Shown here piece after piece: positions 8,688-21,218 of a stretch of DNA of 64,000 nt. Both the position numbers and the translations under genes were made by a program. A model generated the notes under the pieces. The model saw nothing but the letters and a program-made list of their open reading frames with translations. It made no database searches and had not been told where the DNA came from. Numbering within the stretch: position 1 is the stretch's first letter; every line of letters begins with the position of its first letter. Location of the stretch: assembly GCA_026981985.1 (NCBI GenBank), contig JALSHZ010000031.1, positions 8,911 to 72,910 on the forward strand, given 5' to 3'. Source of the stretch: Gammaproteobacteria bacterium (GTDB lineage Bacteria > Pseudomonadota > Gammaproteobacteria > UWMA-0217).

Positions 8688-9488
8688 TTATTTTACGATG
8701 AATTGAACCCCTACCGCCTGATCCGGGCTGGCATCGGTAAATCCGGCGACGCCATAGAGGTTGAGTGAGATTTTTTGATTGACCTTCCAGTGGACATAAC
8801 CCATCAGTTCCTGGCGGTCGTCGGCGTCGTCCCTCGTCGCCTGCATGAAATCGTAGCTGAAACCGACTCCCATGGTATCCGTCAGTTTTTGGTCGATACC
8901 GAGCGAAGAATAGAGTACGTCGTTGTAGTCGGTGACGTCGGTATCCCCTATCCAGCGATAGCCCAGCGCGACAAAAGGGGTGCTGTTGCCGATGGCCTGG
9001 GCGACATCGAGTTGTAACTGATAGTCGGTTTCTCCGGTGCCGAGGCGAGCATCGGCATCAGCCGTCGGCAGTTTTACTCGTGTCGTAATATCGACAAAGG
9101 TGTTGCCGCTGGCTTCCCATAGTGAGTCCAGCGCGAAGCCAAGGCTGGCAGTCACGTCGCCAAGCCCGCTGTCGGTCTGGCGCGCAGTTCCGTTGCTGTT
9201 GTCGACCAACACGCCATTGCCGCCAGCGGTGACCGACGCGGGTCCGGTGATGCTGATGTATGGGAGCGTGACTTTTGCCGTCCATGGAAAGCTGCGGTAT
9301 TTGATCGTTAGCGGTAGATAGAGCATGTCGGTGCGCTCGGTTTCACCATAGTTGCCGCTGCTGTAGTCGAAACCGGTAATGATAGCGGTTTCGCCAGCCA
9401 GCGGTGCCTGGCTTGTCAGCATCACTAGCGCTGCTCCTGCGAGCCAGCGCCCTTGGCGTAATTGTTTTTCCCTGTTGATTATTTTCAT
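8688..9488 (-). CDS. Outer-membrane beta-barrel protein (MetA-pathway/transporter-like family)
   Basis: 266 aa. Signal peptide. Alternating beta-strand pattern. C-terminal F. Confidence 0.55.
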   Translation of the reverse strand: MKIINREKQLRQGRWLAGAALVMLTSQAPLAGETAIITGFDYSSGNYGETERTDMLYLPLTIKYRSFPWTAKVTLPYISITGPASVTAGGNGVLVDNSNGTARQTDSGLGDVTASLGFALDSLWEASGNTFVDITTRVKLPTADADARLGTGETDYQLQLDVAQAIGNSTPFVALGYRWIGDTDVTDYNDVLYSSLGIDQKLTDTMGVGFSYDFMQATRDDADDRQELMGYVHWKVNQKISLNLYGVAGFTDASPDQAVGVQFIVK

Positions 9489-9523
9489 GTTTGTATCCAG
9501 TTGTTTGTTTGAAACTTGGTGTC

Positions 9524-9910
9524 TCAGTGGTGTCCTCCGCGCTCTGGCCGGTCAGGGCGCTCAGGTGTGGCTGGGCGCATCGGGCGCTCCGGGCGTTCAA
9601 TGTGGCTGGGCTGCATCGGGCGTTCGGGGCGATCCACATGGGGCATGCGCATCATTTCCTGGCGGTGGCGCATGCGATACTCGTAACCGATCCCCCAGCG
9701 GTGTCTTGCTTTTGCTTTCTCTTCATGACCGCTCGGTGGTGTCGGCGTTTGCCCGTCAGCTGTGGCTTTTGATTCATCCGTTTGGGTTGTGTCGATGGTT
9801 TCTTTGGTTGTTGCCGTTTTGAACACGTTGTCCGTGTCGACAGCAGCCTCAGCGGCACCTACTAGTGTCACTATCAGGGTCGCAGCTATTGTCAGTTGTT
9901 GGTATGTCAT
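9524..9910 (-). CDS. Small secreted protein with C-terminal ERP(D/E)RP repeats (paralog of 7134..7598)
   Basis: Start at MTYQQLTIAATLIV (signal peptide) preceded by AGGAGGG. Repeats HVDRPERPMQPSHIERPERPMRPATPERPDRPERGGHH. Confidence 0.55.
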   Translation of the reverse strand: MTYQQLTIAATLIVTLVGAAEAAVDTDNVFKTATTKETIDTTQTDESKATADGQTPTPPSGHEEKAKARHRWGIGYEYRMRHRQEMMRMPHVDRPERPMQPSHIERPERPMRPATPERPDRPERGGHH

Positions 9911-10046
9911 AGTGCCCTCCTGCGGCTGTCGGTGAAGCGTAGAATAGCGTGACAATGTCGCACAGTTATTTCCTGCTTGTTCAAAACTGTTTCAAGGTGT
10001 TTCAATGGGGTCCGGGATATGCCTCGGGTAACGTATTCTCCACCAA

Positions 10047-10772
10047 ATGGAACAGACTGACACAACACTGCTGATTGTCGATGATGATGCGGGTATCCGT
10101 GAGCTGCTATCGCGCTACCTTGGCGAACAGGGCTTCCGTGTGCTGGTGGCAGAAGATGCGCCGCAGATGGACAAGGTGCTCGAAGCCGAGACGGTCGATC
10201 TCATCATTCTCGATCTGATGTTGCCGGGGGAGGATGGCCTGTCGATTGCACGGCGTCTGCAGAGTTCCCGGCAGCTGCCGGTGGTCATGCTCTCCGCACG
10301 GGGTGAGGAGATGGACCGTATCATCGGTTTGGAGGTGGGTGCCGACGACTACTTGCCGAAGCCCTTCAATCCGCGCGAGTTGCTGGCTCGGATCAGGGCG
10401 GTGCTGCGTCGTCGGCAGGCAGCCTCGGTTACGCCATCTGCGCCTCTTGATGATGCAGCGATATTCCGCTTCGGTGCGTTCGAATTGAATCTGAAGGCCC
10501 GCACCTTGCGCCATGGCGAGACGGAAATCCCGCTCACCACCGGTGAATTCGATTTGCTGCAAGTGTTTGTCGAACACCCCGACCGGGCGCTGAGCAGGGA
10601 TATGCTGGTCGATTTGATCAAAGGCTACGACCGCTCGCCGTTTGATCGTAGCGTCGATGTTCGGGTAACGCGGCTGCGGCAGAAAATCGAGGAAGACCCG
10701 AAAAAGCCACGTTATATTCATACCATCTGGGGGGTTGGCTATATGTTCACCCCGCTAGGTAAGGATAGCTGA
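10047..10772 (+). CDS. ompR: OmpR-family response regulator
   Basis: 241 aa. Near-identical stretches to E. coli OmpR (LDLMLPGEDGLSI, PKPFNPRELLARIRAVLRR). Confidence 0.85.
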   Translation: MEQTDTTLLIVDDDAGIRELLSRYLGEQGFRVLVAEDAPQMDKVLEAETVDLIILDLMLPGEDGLSIARRLQSSRQLPVVMLSARGEEMDRIIGLEVGADDYLPKPFNPRELLARIRAVLRRRQAASVTPSAPLDDAAIFRFGAFELNLKARTLRHGETEIPLTTGEFDLLQVFVEHPDRALSRDMLVDLIKGYDRSPFDRSVDVRVTRLRQKIEEDPKKPRYIHTIWGVGYMFTPLGKDS

Positions 10773-10775
10773 ACG

Positions 10776-12092
10776 ATGCGCGCCCCAGCCACGCTGCTGG
10801 CACGCACGGCGTTGACACTGGCCGCTTCGCTGCTGGTTTTGTTTCTGTTCAGTATCGCGGTGATGTTTTATTACGTGATGGGGCCGATGGCGCAACAGGC
10901 AGCCGAAGACGCCGCCGCGCTCCTGGTGCTGTCGGCACAGACCTGGGCAGAGCTGCCACCCGATACCCGCGCTGATTTCGAATATGAACTCGAATCCAAT
11001 CACGGCATCATCCTGAAAGTCACTGATCAGCCGCTGCCGGCGTCGATACATTGGCGCCCGCACATGCGTCTGCTCAAACAAGCACTGGAGGCGCGGCTGC
11101 ACGGCCAGCCGGTTCACATCAGCCTCGATGAGCATGACGATGGCCTGTTCTGGGTCGAATTCGAGGTGGCGGAGCGGCGGCTACTGCTGGGCGTACCGCG
11201 TCATCGCGTTACCCCGCACATGCCTTATGTGTTGCTGTGGCTGATCAGCGGTGGTCTGCTGGTGTTGCTGGTTACCAGCCTCGTCATGGTGCGGCGCATG
11301 ACCCTGCCACTGGCGCGCATGAGCGAAGCCGTCACCCGATTTGGCCGGGGCGAGCGCGTGCAATTGGCCGAGGAAGGCCCGCGTGAGCTACAGGCACTGG
11401 CGCACAGCTTCAATGAAATGACGCGGCAGATCGATGAACTCATGGCCAATCGCACCACCTTGCTGGCGGGTATTTCGCATGATTTGCGTACCCCCATCGC
11501 GCGCCTCAATCTGGCGATCGAACTGCTCCCGCAAGACGCTGACCCCGAGCTGCTTGCCCGCATGCGCAAGGATTTCAACGAGATGGACAAACTCATCACG
11601 CGTACACTGCAACTGGCGCGCAGCCTCGATGCCAAGCAGCTGGCGCGGGAGAATGTCGATATGACGGCAATGCTGGAGATGGTTGCCGCCGAATATCCGC
11701 AACACGACATCCAGCTGTCACTGCCGCCACAGGCCTGCCCGGCCAAGCTGAACGCCAGCGCGTTGAAGCGGGTTTTGGGCAACCTCATCGACAATGCCCT
11801 GCGTTATGGCGGCGCACCCGTGGAACTGCAATTACGCTGTGACGCAGACGCGCCGGTGATTGACGTCCTCGACCATGGCCCGGGCATCCCCGAAGACAAG
11901 CTTGAACAAGTGTTTCAGCCCTTTTTTCGCCTTGAAACCTCCCGCAGCAGCGCCACCGGTGGCAGTGGGCTCGGTCTCGCCATTGTGCACCAGCTCTGCC
12001 ACGCCAATGGCTGGGTGGTGAGCCTTACGCCACGTGCAGGTGGGGGGTTACGGGCGCGAATCGTGCTGAGGTTGCGGGATGGATCGGGTTGA
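10776..12092 (+). CDS. envZ: EnvZ-like osmosensor histidine kinase
   Basis: 438 aa. 4 nt after ompR. Two TM segments, HAMP domain, H-box GISHDLRTPIARL, HATPase_c G-boxes. Confidence 0.8.
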   Translation: MRAPATLLARTALTLAASLLVLFLFSIAVMFYYVMGPMAQQAAEDAAALLVLSAQTWAELPPDTRADFEYELESNHGIILKVTDQPLPASIHWRPHMRLLKQALEARLHGQPVHISLDEHDDGLFWVEFEVAERRLLLGVPRHRVTPHMPYVLLWLISGGLLVLLVTSLVMVRRMTLPLARMSEAVTRFGRGERVQLAEEGPRELQALAHSFNEMTRQIDELMANRTTLLAGISHDLRTPIARLNLAIELLPQDADPELLARMRKDFNEMDKLITRTLQLARSLDAKQLARENVDMTAMLEMVAAEYPQHDIQLSLPPQACPAKLNASALKRVLGNLIDNALRYGGAPVELQLRCDADAPVIDVLDHGPGIPEDKLEQVFQPFFRLETSRSSATGGSGLGLAIVHQLCHANGWVVSLTPRAGGGLRARIVLRLRDGSG

Positions 12093-13292
12093 TTTCAGTG
12101 GCGATAAAGCGCTGCCTCCGACTTCCGTCAGCTTCCGTGTAATGGCCCATTTCAGTGGCGGCAGGTTGTTGCTGATACGCAGCACTGCCTGACGCAGCAG
12201 TTTTGCGGGTGGTGATTCACTGGTGAAGAGCTTGACGATGCCATTGGTGCCGTAATACATCGGCAATGTGGCGAGGCGGTGTTGCCGCTGATACTGCTGC
12301 AATACCTGCGGTGCGCCGATGTCCTGTCCGCGTGACGCCGCGGCGATGATTGCCTTGGTCAGGGTGTTTTGCCCGCGCAGCCCCAGGTTGAAGCCATGTG
12401 CCGTGACCGGGTGCATGCCGACGGCCGCATCACCAATCAGGGCAAAGCGTTGGTCGATGAAACGATCAGCGTGAACGCCGACCAGCGGATAGGCGAAGCG
12501 CTCGCTGGCGACCGTCATATCGCCCAGGCGGCTGCCCAGGCGTTTGCGGATTTCGTTGCGGTAGTCGTCGTCGGAAAGCGCCAGCAGCGCCTGCGCCTGT
12601 TTGCCACTGGCGGTGACGACGAAGGAGGAGAGCTGCGCCGACACCGGCAATATCGCGAGTGTGCCGCCATATTGAAAGCACTCGAAAGCGGTCTGTTCGT
12701 TGCTGCGCGCATGTGACATGCGGCTGACGATGGCGACGCGGCCGAAGTCATGCATCGAGGCTGAAATACCCATCTTGCGGCGTGTTTCGGAAAAACGGCT
12801 GTCGGCGGCGACCGCGAGTGCAGCCTGCAACACTGGGCCGTCGGATAGCGTTACGCTTGCCTGCTGTGCGTCGGTACGCACGGCCTCGACGGTAATGCCG
12901 GTCAGGATGTCGATGTTGTCCAGGCTGTCGGCTTGCGCAAACACCGCCTTGCGGATGAGGTGATTCGAAACCAGATAGCCGAGCGCTTCCAGATTGTTTT
13001 GGCGGTGATCGAAATCCAGCGAGTAGGGTGACACACCGTCCTGTACCTGGGCCTTCTTGATCAGGCCGATCTCATCGTCGGGAATCAGCTGCCAGATGCC
13101 GAGCTGGCGCATCAGCTCGACCGAAAGATGCGTCAGCGCGATCTCGCGGCCATCGTAGGCAGGATCAGCCAAGGCTTCACGTGGCTGTTTTTCAATGATG
13201 GTGGCATGCAGGCCGGCTTGCGCCAGCGAACAGGCCAGGCTCAGGCCCGCAGGGCCCGCGCCGATGATGATGACGGAATGCTGCTGTGCCAC
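12048..13292 (-). CDS. FAD-dependent ubiquinone-biosynthesis hydroxylase (UbiH/UbiF/VisC family)
   Basis: 414 aa. GAGPAGLSLA dinucleotide motif. UbiH-family layout. The 3' end overlaps the envZ 3' end by 45 bp (convergent). Confidence 0.75.
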   Translation of the reverse strand: MAQQHSVIIIGAGPAGLSLACSLAQAGLHATIIEKQPREALADPAYDGREIALTHLSVELMRQLGIWQLIPDDEIGLIKKAQVQDGVSPYSLDFDHRQNNLEALGYLVSNHLIRKAVFAQADSLDNIDILTGITVEAVRTDAQQASVTLSDGPVLQAALAVAADSRFSETRRKMGISASMHDFGRVAIVSRMSHARSNEQTAFECFQYGGTLAILPVSAQLSSFVVTASGKQAQALLALSDDDYRNEIRKRLGSRLGDMTVASERFAYPLVGVHADRFIDQRFALIGDAAVGMHPVTAHGFNLGLRGQNTLTKAIIAAASRGQDIGAPQVLQQYQRQHRLATLPMYYGTNGIVKLFTSESPPAKLLRQAVLRISNNLPPLKWAITRKLTEVGGSALSPLKSTRSIPQPQHDSRP

Positions 13293-13370
13293 GATCGACC
13301 CTCCCAGTTAGCGGCCAAGTATGGACTAACTCGCTGCCACTCCGCTTGATTCGGGTCAAGACCGCGCGGA

Positions 13371-16265
<2,895 letters not shown>

Positions 16266-16483
16266 TGGCCATTGGTGAGAGTCGGGGGCGGCGAATGGTA
16301 GAGGATTCTGCGGCAAACGTCATTGGTGGAGATCAAGCTGTGTATTGGAAAACGGCTGCCGTCTATCCCGATTGGGTAGGAAAAAGTCTTGACGACATAT
16401 CCTGAGTGGAATAGTAAGAAATTATGTTCTATGTTGGATTCATAGGGGATTCACGTCGATCCACCTGCTTGTGGGCGGTTGTT

Positions 16484-16527
16484 GGGTCCGGTTAACCCGC
16501 TGAGAAATTCGGGTTGAAATCACGCTA
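16484..16527. repeat. REP-like family-3 partial copy
   Basis: ccgctgagaaattcgggttgaaatcacgc compares to ccggtgagaaatccgggttagaatcaccgc at 3490-3519. Confidence 0.5.
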
Positions 16528-16618
16528 TTTTCCGGAACCACCGGTCACGCCTGGGCAACAAGTTGCCAATCCATGGCCGGATCAGCGGTTCCTACAGATT
16601 CCTGGAGGAAATCAAGTC

Positions 16619-16993
16619 ATGGGATACGTTCCTGAACACCTGCATTACACCAATCAAGAGCAACCCGCATCAGCTGCGCAACCGGAGTTCCCCGATGCGC
16701 CACACGGCTGGAGCAAGGAGGAAGCGGAGCAGGATGCTGCCGAACTGCTGGGTGTGCCTCTGACCGAAGATCACTGGGATGTCGTGCGCTCCCTGCAAGC
16801 CTATTTTGCGACGCATGAATTCCCGAATCGCCGCGAGCTGGCCGATGCGCTGGATGAGAAATATCACCACAAGGGCGGACGTCGCTACCTCTACCTGCTG
16901 TTCCCCAATGGCCCTGTGTCCCAAGGATGCCAGCTGGCCGGGCTGGAAAGCCCATCCGGCAGCGTCGACAAATCGTTTGGTAGCGTTGTCTGA
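16619..16993 (+). CDS. DsrC/TusE-family sulfur-relay protein (atypical: CysB only)
   Basis: HWDVVRSLQAYF...RYLYLLFPNGPVSQGCQLAGL aligns to the DsrC/TusE C-terminus. GGAGGA RBS 9 nt before ATG 16619. The upstream 35 codons of the longer ORF overlap the REP copy. Confidence 0.75.
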   Translation: MGYVPEHLHYTNQEQPASAAQPEFPDAPHGWSKEEAEQDAAELLGVPLTEDHWDVVRSLQAYFATHEFPNRRELADALDEKYHHKGGRRYLYLLFPNGPVSQGCQLAGLESPSGSVDKSFGSVV

Positions 16994-17006
16994 GGCTTCA
17001 CGCTAG

Positions 17007-17256
17007 GTAACTACTCAGCTCACGACTGAAACGCGCCATCTCTGCGTCGCCTACAAGGATGTAGGTGAGGGGCGTGAGCAGGAGGCGGAAGCTTTGGGAA
17101 ATGGTCATTTACCCGTGGTAGAGAATTGCTCCATGCATTTTCTACACTTCCCACTTCCATGTGGGTCGTAAACTCACATTTCCCGCCTTGATCTGACGCG
17201 TTTCAGCGGCAATCTGAGCAGTTACGGTTCTATTTTTCTACCTTCTGAATAGTTAC
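17007..17256 (-). mobile_element. MITE family 1, long form (250 bp), inverted orientation
   Basis: TIR gtaactactcag / ctgaatagttac. 8-bp TSD cacgctag at 16999-17006 and 17257-17264. Inserted 6 bp after the dsrC-like stop. Confidence 0.85.
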
Positions 17257-17484
17257 CACGCTAGTAGTTGCTGCTGCATTACCATGGTGCGGGCGGTCGT
17301 CGTGGCCGCCGTGCATCATGCTTGCCTTTCCAGATTCCACTCATTTTCTTCGTGAGTGCCTCCCCCCGCCAATACGCCCCTCATACCCCGGCTTATCGCC
17401 GTATGCACAGGTTCTATGAGATTGACGCCAGGCCGCGCGTTACACTGGACGCCCGGAGCCTGAATGATGACCTGAGGTAATGCC

Positions 17485-18648
17485 ATGCAGTACGGTCCCC
17501 GAGAGATTGTGACGCCTTTTCGCCCGATTCCGCTGGATGTGCCAGAGGGAATGGCACCTAACGAGTTTTTCAACAGCACGGAGAATCTGAACGATCTGGT
17601 CAACAACAACGGTTTGTTGGTCAACCCCGAAAACCTGCTGATGTATCGCAAGGCGCTCGGCCATAGCACGACGTTTGATACATCGATCATCTATAACACG
17701 TCCAAAACGATTCTGAACCCGCTCGGTCGCCCGGTGCGGCGCACGCAGGTGCCTGAAAATGTGAAGAATGTCTGGAACCGGATGAACCAGATTCTGATCG
17801 AATATATGCTGGAGACCTTTCCGGATCCTGATCAGCATTTGATACTGGCGGGGGAGGCCAGTCTCGATGCGACCTGGCCGCTGACATCACCGGGTGTGCC
17901 AAGCATCCGCATGCTGCATAACCACTTCATGGTGTTCGAAAAGGCGCAGCTCGAAGCGGCCAAACTGGCTGATCTCGACAACCCGAATCTGACCGATGGT
18001 GGGCAGCACAGCCTGTTTCAGTCCTATATGCATGATGTCTATCGCGAGTTCTTCGCCAGCCTGGAGCTGGAAGTGCTGACGCTCGCTGATGATGGCGAGT
18101 CACAGATCAAGCTCACCGGCTATCCGCAGGGCTTGCCGAGCTGGAAGATTCAGGGCGGTTTGCGGCAGCTCAAGAGTATTCATTTCTGGCGCGAATACGA
18201 TGTGATTCTTAAAGGCTTCATCGATTTCTACCGCACCTTCTTCACCCAGGTGTCCAGCCGCAACGCGCCGATGCCGGCGAATGTTCATTTTCCTGATCAG
18301 GTCGAGGACAAACTGCTGTACAACAACGATTTCATGGCGGCGGCGAAAAAGGTGCGCGAACAATGCATACACGACCCCAAATACGCCAATGCGATTCGCT
18401 GGCAGCCTGCATTCAAACAGTTGGTCTACCGCAATGATGCCGGTGATCTGATCGTCACGATCAGCCAGAACTCCATTGGCAACGCCATCACCGAGCTACT
18501 GGGCGTGGTGGTCAAGCGCGCGCCGGATGCCGAAGCGTATGAGCGCCATGAACCGGCGTTGATCGAAAAACTGTTGGAGGTGCGCCGCCGTCTGATCGCT
18601 GCCGATCTGGGTGAGGGAATCGAGACCGATTATTGGGGCAGGGAATAG
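17485..18648 (+). CDS. Hypothetical protein (387 aa), translationally coupled to gdh
   Basis: Long ORF with coding-like composition. No recognisable motifs. Stop lies 4 nt before the gdh ATG. Confidence 0.6.
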   Translation: MQYGPREIVTPFRPIPLDVPEGMAPNEFFNSTENLNDLVNNNGLLVNPENLLMYRKALGHSTTFDTSIIYNTSKTILNPLGRPVRRTQVPENVKNVWNRMNQILIEYMLETFPDPDQHLILAGEASLDATWPLTSPGVPSIRMLHNHFMVFEKAQLEAAKLADLDNPNLTDGGQHSLFQSYMHDVYREFFASLELEVLTLADDGESQIKLTGYPQGLPSWKIQGGLRQLKSIHFWREYDVILKGFIDFYRTFFTQVSSRNAPMPANVHFPDQVEDKLLYNNDFMAAAKKVREQCIHDPKYANAIRWQPAFKQLVYRNDAGDLIVTISQNSIGNAITELLGVVVKRAPDAEAYERHEPALIEKLLEVRRRLIAADLGEGIETDYWGRE

Positions 18649-18652
18649 GGGC

Positions 18653-20035
18653 ATGGACAAGTCGGCACCAAAACCCGAGCATATACAGCAGCTTTCCATT
18701 GGCGACAACGAGGAAGATCTGGACCCTGCCCACCTGGCGCGTTTTCAGTTCGAGCGTGCCATCGCCTGGTTGGAGGGGTTCAAAGACGGCTTGATCCAAT
18801 CGCTGGTCGCACCCAAGCGCACGATCGAAGTCTATTTCCCGGTGGAGATGGAGGACGGTTCGGTGCAGACATTTCATGGCTTCCGGGTGCTGCACAATCG
18901 GGTAATGGGGCCGGGTAAAGGCGGTGTGCGTTACCACCCCGAGGTGGACAAGGAAGAAATCACCGCGCTGGCAACGCTGATGACCTGGAAATGCGCACTG
19001 CTCGATATTCCCTTCGGTGGTGCCAAGGGCGGCGTCAACTGCGATCCAAAAAAGCTTACGCAAACCGAACTGCGCCGCATCACGCGCCGTTTCATCACCG
19101 AGCTGGGTGACAACATCGGGCCGAATACCGATATTCCAGCGCCCGATATGTACACCGATGCGCAGACCATGTCCTGGATCTTCGACACCTACGATATTCT
19201 CCATCCAGGGCGCAACAATCTTCCGGTCGTCACCGGTAAACCGCTGGATTTGGGCGGCTCATTAGGGCGTCCCGAAGCTACCGGCCGTGGTTGTCTCTAC
19301 GCCACGATGCGCTATCTGGAAAAGGAAGGTATTGGCAGTTCGCGGACACTGGAAGGTAGCAGGGTTGTCATTCAGGGCTTTGGCAATGTCGGCATGACCG
19401 CAGCGAAACTTTTCCAGCAGGCGGGGGCCACTATCATTGCCGTCAGCGATTCGCGCGGCGGCATCCAGCAAGCAGACGGGATCGACATCGAAGCCGCAGC
19501 CCGCTTCAAGGAGCAGGAAGGCTCCGTCGTCGGCCTGCCAGACACCCTCACCATCACCAATACCGAGCTGCTGGAACTCGACTGCGACATCCTGATCCCG
19601 GCCGCACTGGGTAAACAGATCCACTGCGGCAATGCCCAACGCATCAAAGCCAGGCTGGTTGTCGAAGCCGCCAATGGTCCGGTGACGCCCGCAGCCGACG
19701 ACATCCTCACCGACCGCGGCATCCCAGTACTTCCCGATATTCTCGTCAATGCTGGCGGCGTCACCGTCAGCTACTTCGAATGGGTGCAAAACTTCAGCAA
19801 CGAACGCTGGGCGCTCGACGACGTCAATACCCGCCTGCGCAGCAAAATGTTCGACGCCACCGACCTCGTCCTCACTCGCTGGCATGCAATGCGGGATGAG
19901 GAAGAAAAAGCATTCGCCGCCGAAACCAGTGCAGGAGAAATCTACAACGTCCCCGTCAGCTTGCGCACCGCCGCGCTCGCGGTTGCCATCGCGAGAATCG
20001 CCAACGTCACACTCGAACGCGGCATCTGGCCGTAA
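18653..20035 (+). CDS. Glutamate dehydrogenase (Glu/Leu/Phe/Val dehydrogenase family)
   Basis: Catalytic region GGAKGG with conserved Lys. NAD(P)-binding GFGNVG. About 460 aa. Confidence 0.9.
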   Translation: MDKSAPKPEHIQQLSIGDNEEDLDPAHLARFQFERAIAWLEGFKDGLIQSLVAPKRTIEVYFPVEMEDGSVQTFHGFRVLHNRVMGPGKGGVRYHPEVDKEEITALATLMTWKCALLDIPFGGAKGGVNCDPKKLTQTELRRITRRFITELGDNIGPNTDIPAPDMYTDAQTMSWIFDTYDILHPGRNNLPVVTGKPLDLGGSLGRPEATGRGCLYATMRYLEKEGIGSSRTLEGSRVVIQGFGNVGMTAAKLFQQAGATIIAVSDSRGGIQQADGIDIEAAARFKEQEGSVVGLPDTLTITNTELLELDCDILIPAALGKQIHCGNAQRIKARLVVEAANGPVTPAADDILTDRGIPVLPDILVNAGGVTVSYFEWVQNFSNERWALDDVNTRLRSKMFDATDLVLTRWHAMRDEEEKAFAAETSAGEIYNVPVSLRTAALAVAIARIANVTLERGIWP

Positions 20036-20037
20036 TC

Positions 20038-20150
20038 GCCTCCCTTTCGCAAAGGGAGGTTTGGAGGGATTGTTACCGCGGTGTTTTGGTGTGGCGCGGT
20101 GGTTCAAATCCCCCTCCATCCCCATTGGGGAAAGGAGGCGTCCTGGGGCA
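20038..20150. repeat. Solo internal fragment of MITE family 2 (palindrome-rich) between convergent genes
   Basis: cctccctttcgcaaagggaggtttggagggatt...ggttcaaatccccctccatcccc matches the interior of the 7805 element. No TIRs. Confidence 0.6.
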
Positions 20151-20159
20151 ACTGGTTGC

Positions 20160-21218
20160 TTATCGCTTCATCCCTCGTTGAATCGAGCCAAAGTCCCTGA
20201 TCCAGGGCTGAATCCCGGCTGCCGGGGTGTTGAAACCCGATAGCGCAAGGCGCGCGAGTTCCAGGGTGGCATAGTCACCTTGCAGTACGATGTGGGATGT
20301 TCCCTGGCTGTACAGGGCGACAGGTGGGCGTAGTTGGTTGGCGATCTGCCTGGCCTGATTCAAATCATTGAAGGCGCCGACCTGGATGGTGAAGTGCTGG
20401 GGATTGCGTTGTTGTAGCCAAGTCTCGTCGTGAATGGGCGCTGTGGTGGAGGGGCTGGCCATGCCTGGCTGGAGTGCTTCCGCCTGTTGGCGTTCGCTGC
20501 TGTCGGGGAAGGCGGAGCGCAGCTTCTCCAGGTAGCTGCTGACCCCGGCAGGGTTGCCGAGCGCATGTTCGATTCGCGCGCCAAGCAGTAGCGTTTTGGG
20601 GGCGTGGACGGCGTGATTCAGATATTGCGTAAGCCAGGTGCTGGCCTCGACGGGTTTGCCGTTTTCGAGGCTGAGACTGGCGAGCTGATAGAGTGCGGTC
20701 GGCAGGCCGGGATTGTGCTGGACGGCCTTTTGCAGCAGCTGTTCGGCAAGTGTGTTGTCTCCAGCGCGGCGGGCGCAGAGACCGGCGTTGGTCCAGGCAA
20801 TTTCCGGCGCGGCATTGCCGCTGGCGTTTCCTGCCTTGGCAAAGGTGGCTTGTGCATCTTCCCAGCGGCCCTGGCTGCACAGAAAACTGCCATAGTTATT
20901 CAGTAGTGCAGGGTCGTCCGGTGCCAGTCGCAGCGCTTGGGTGAAGGCCTTTTCCGCCGCATCGCCGCGCCCGAGGCGCTGATTGATGAGTCCCAGTAGT
21001 CCCCAGGCTTGCGCATTGGCCGGGTTCTTTTCGATGGCGGCTGAGACTTGCTGAAAGGCTTCCATCAGCTGGCGTTTTTTATAGGCGGCGAGCGCCTGTC
21101 GCTGAAGTTGATTGGAACTGGCCAGCGCCGCGGCATCGACATTGCCTGCGCCGGGGCCTGTGGTTGTGGCGCAGCCCGTCAGCAGCAGGGCGAGCAGTAG
21201 CAGAAGTCGCATGTTCAT
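20160..21218 (-). CDS. TPR-repeat lipoprotein with C-terminal SPOR (peptidoglycan-binding) domain
   Basis: Lipobox LLTGC. Multiple TPR units. C-terminal HFTIQVGAFNDLNQARQIANQL...LQGDYATLELAR is SPOR-like. Confidence 0.65.
   Translation of the reverse strand: MNMRLLLLLALLLTGCATTTGPGAGNVDAAALASSNQLQRQALAAYKKRQLMEAFQQVSAAIEKNPANAQAWGLLGLINQRLGRGDAAEKAFTQALRLAPDDPALLNNYGSFLCSQGRWEDAQATFAKAGNASGNAAPEIAWTNAGLCARRAGDNTLAEQLLQKAVQHNPGLPTALYQLASLSLENGKPVEASTWLTQYLNHAVHAPKTLLLGARIEHALGNPAGVSSYLEKLRSAFPDSSERQQAEALQPGMASPSTTAPIHDETWLQQRNPQHFTIQVGAFNDLNQARQIANQLRPPVALYSQGTSHIVLQGDYATLELARLALSGFNTPAAGIQPWIRDFGSIQRGMKR

Noticed and set aside
16514-16618. N-terminal 35-codon extension of the DsrC-like ORF
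   Set aside because: The extension overlaps the REP-like repeat. The internal ATG at 16619 has a perfect GGAGGA RBS and gives a DsrC-length protein.
18512-19204. 230-aa ORF on the - strand
   Set aside because: Antisense to gdh.
20095-20125. tRNA-like T-arm sequence ggttcaaatcc
   Set aside because: It lies inside the family-2 repeat fragment. There is no acceptor stem or anticodon-arm structure. The same segment recurs at 7960 as ggtataaatcc.
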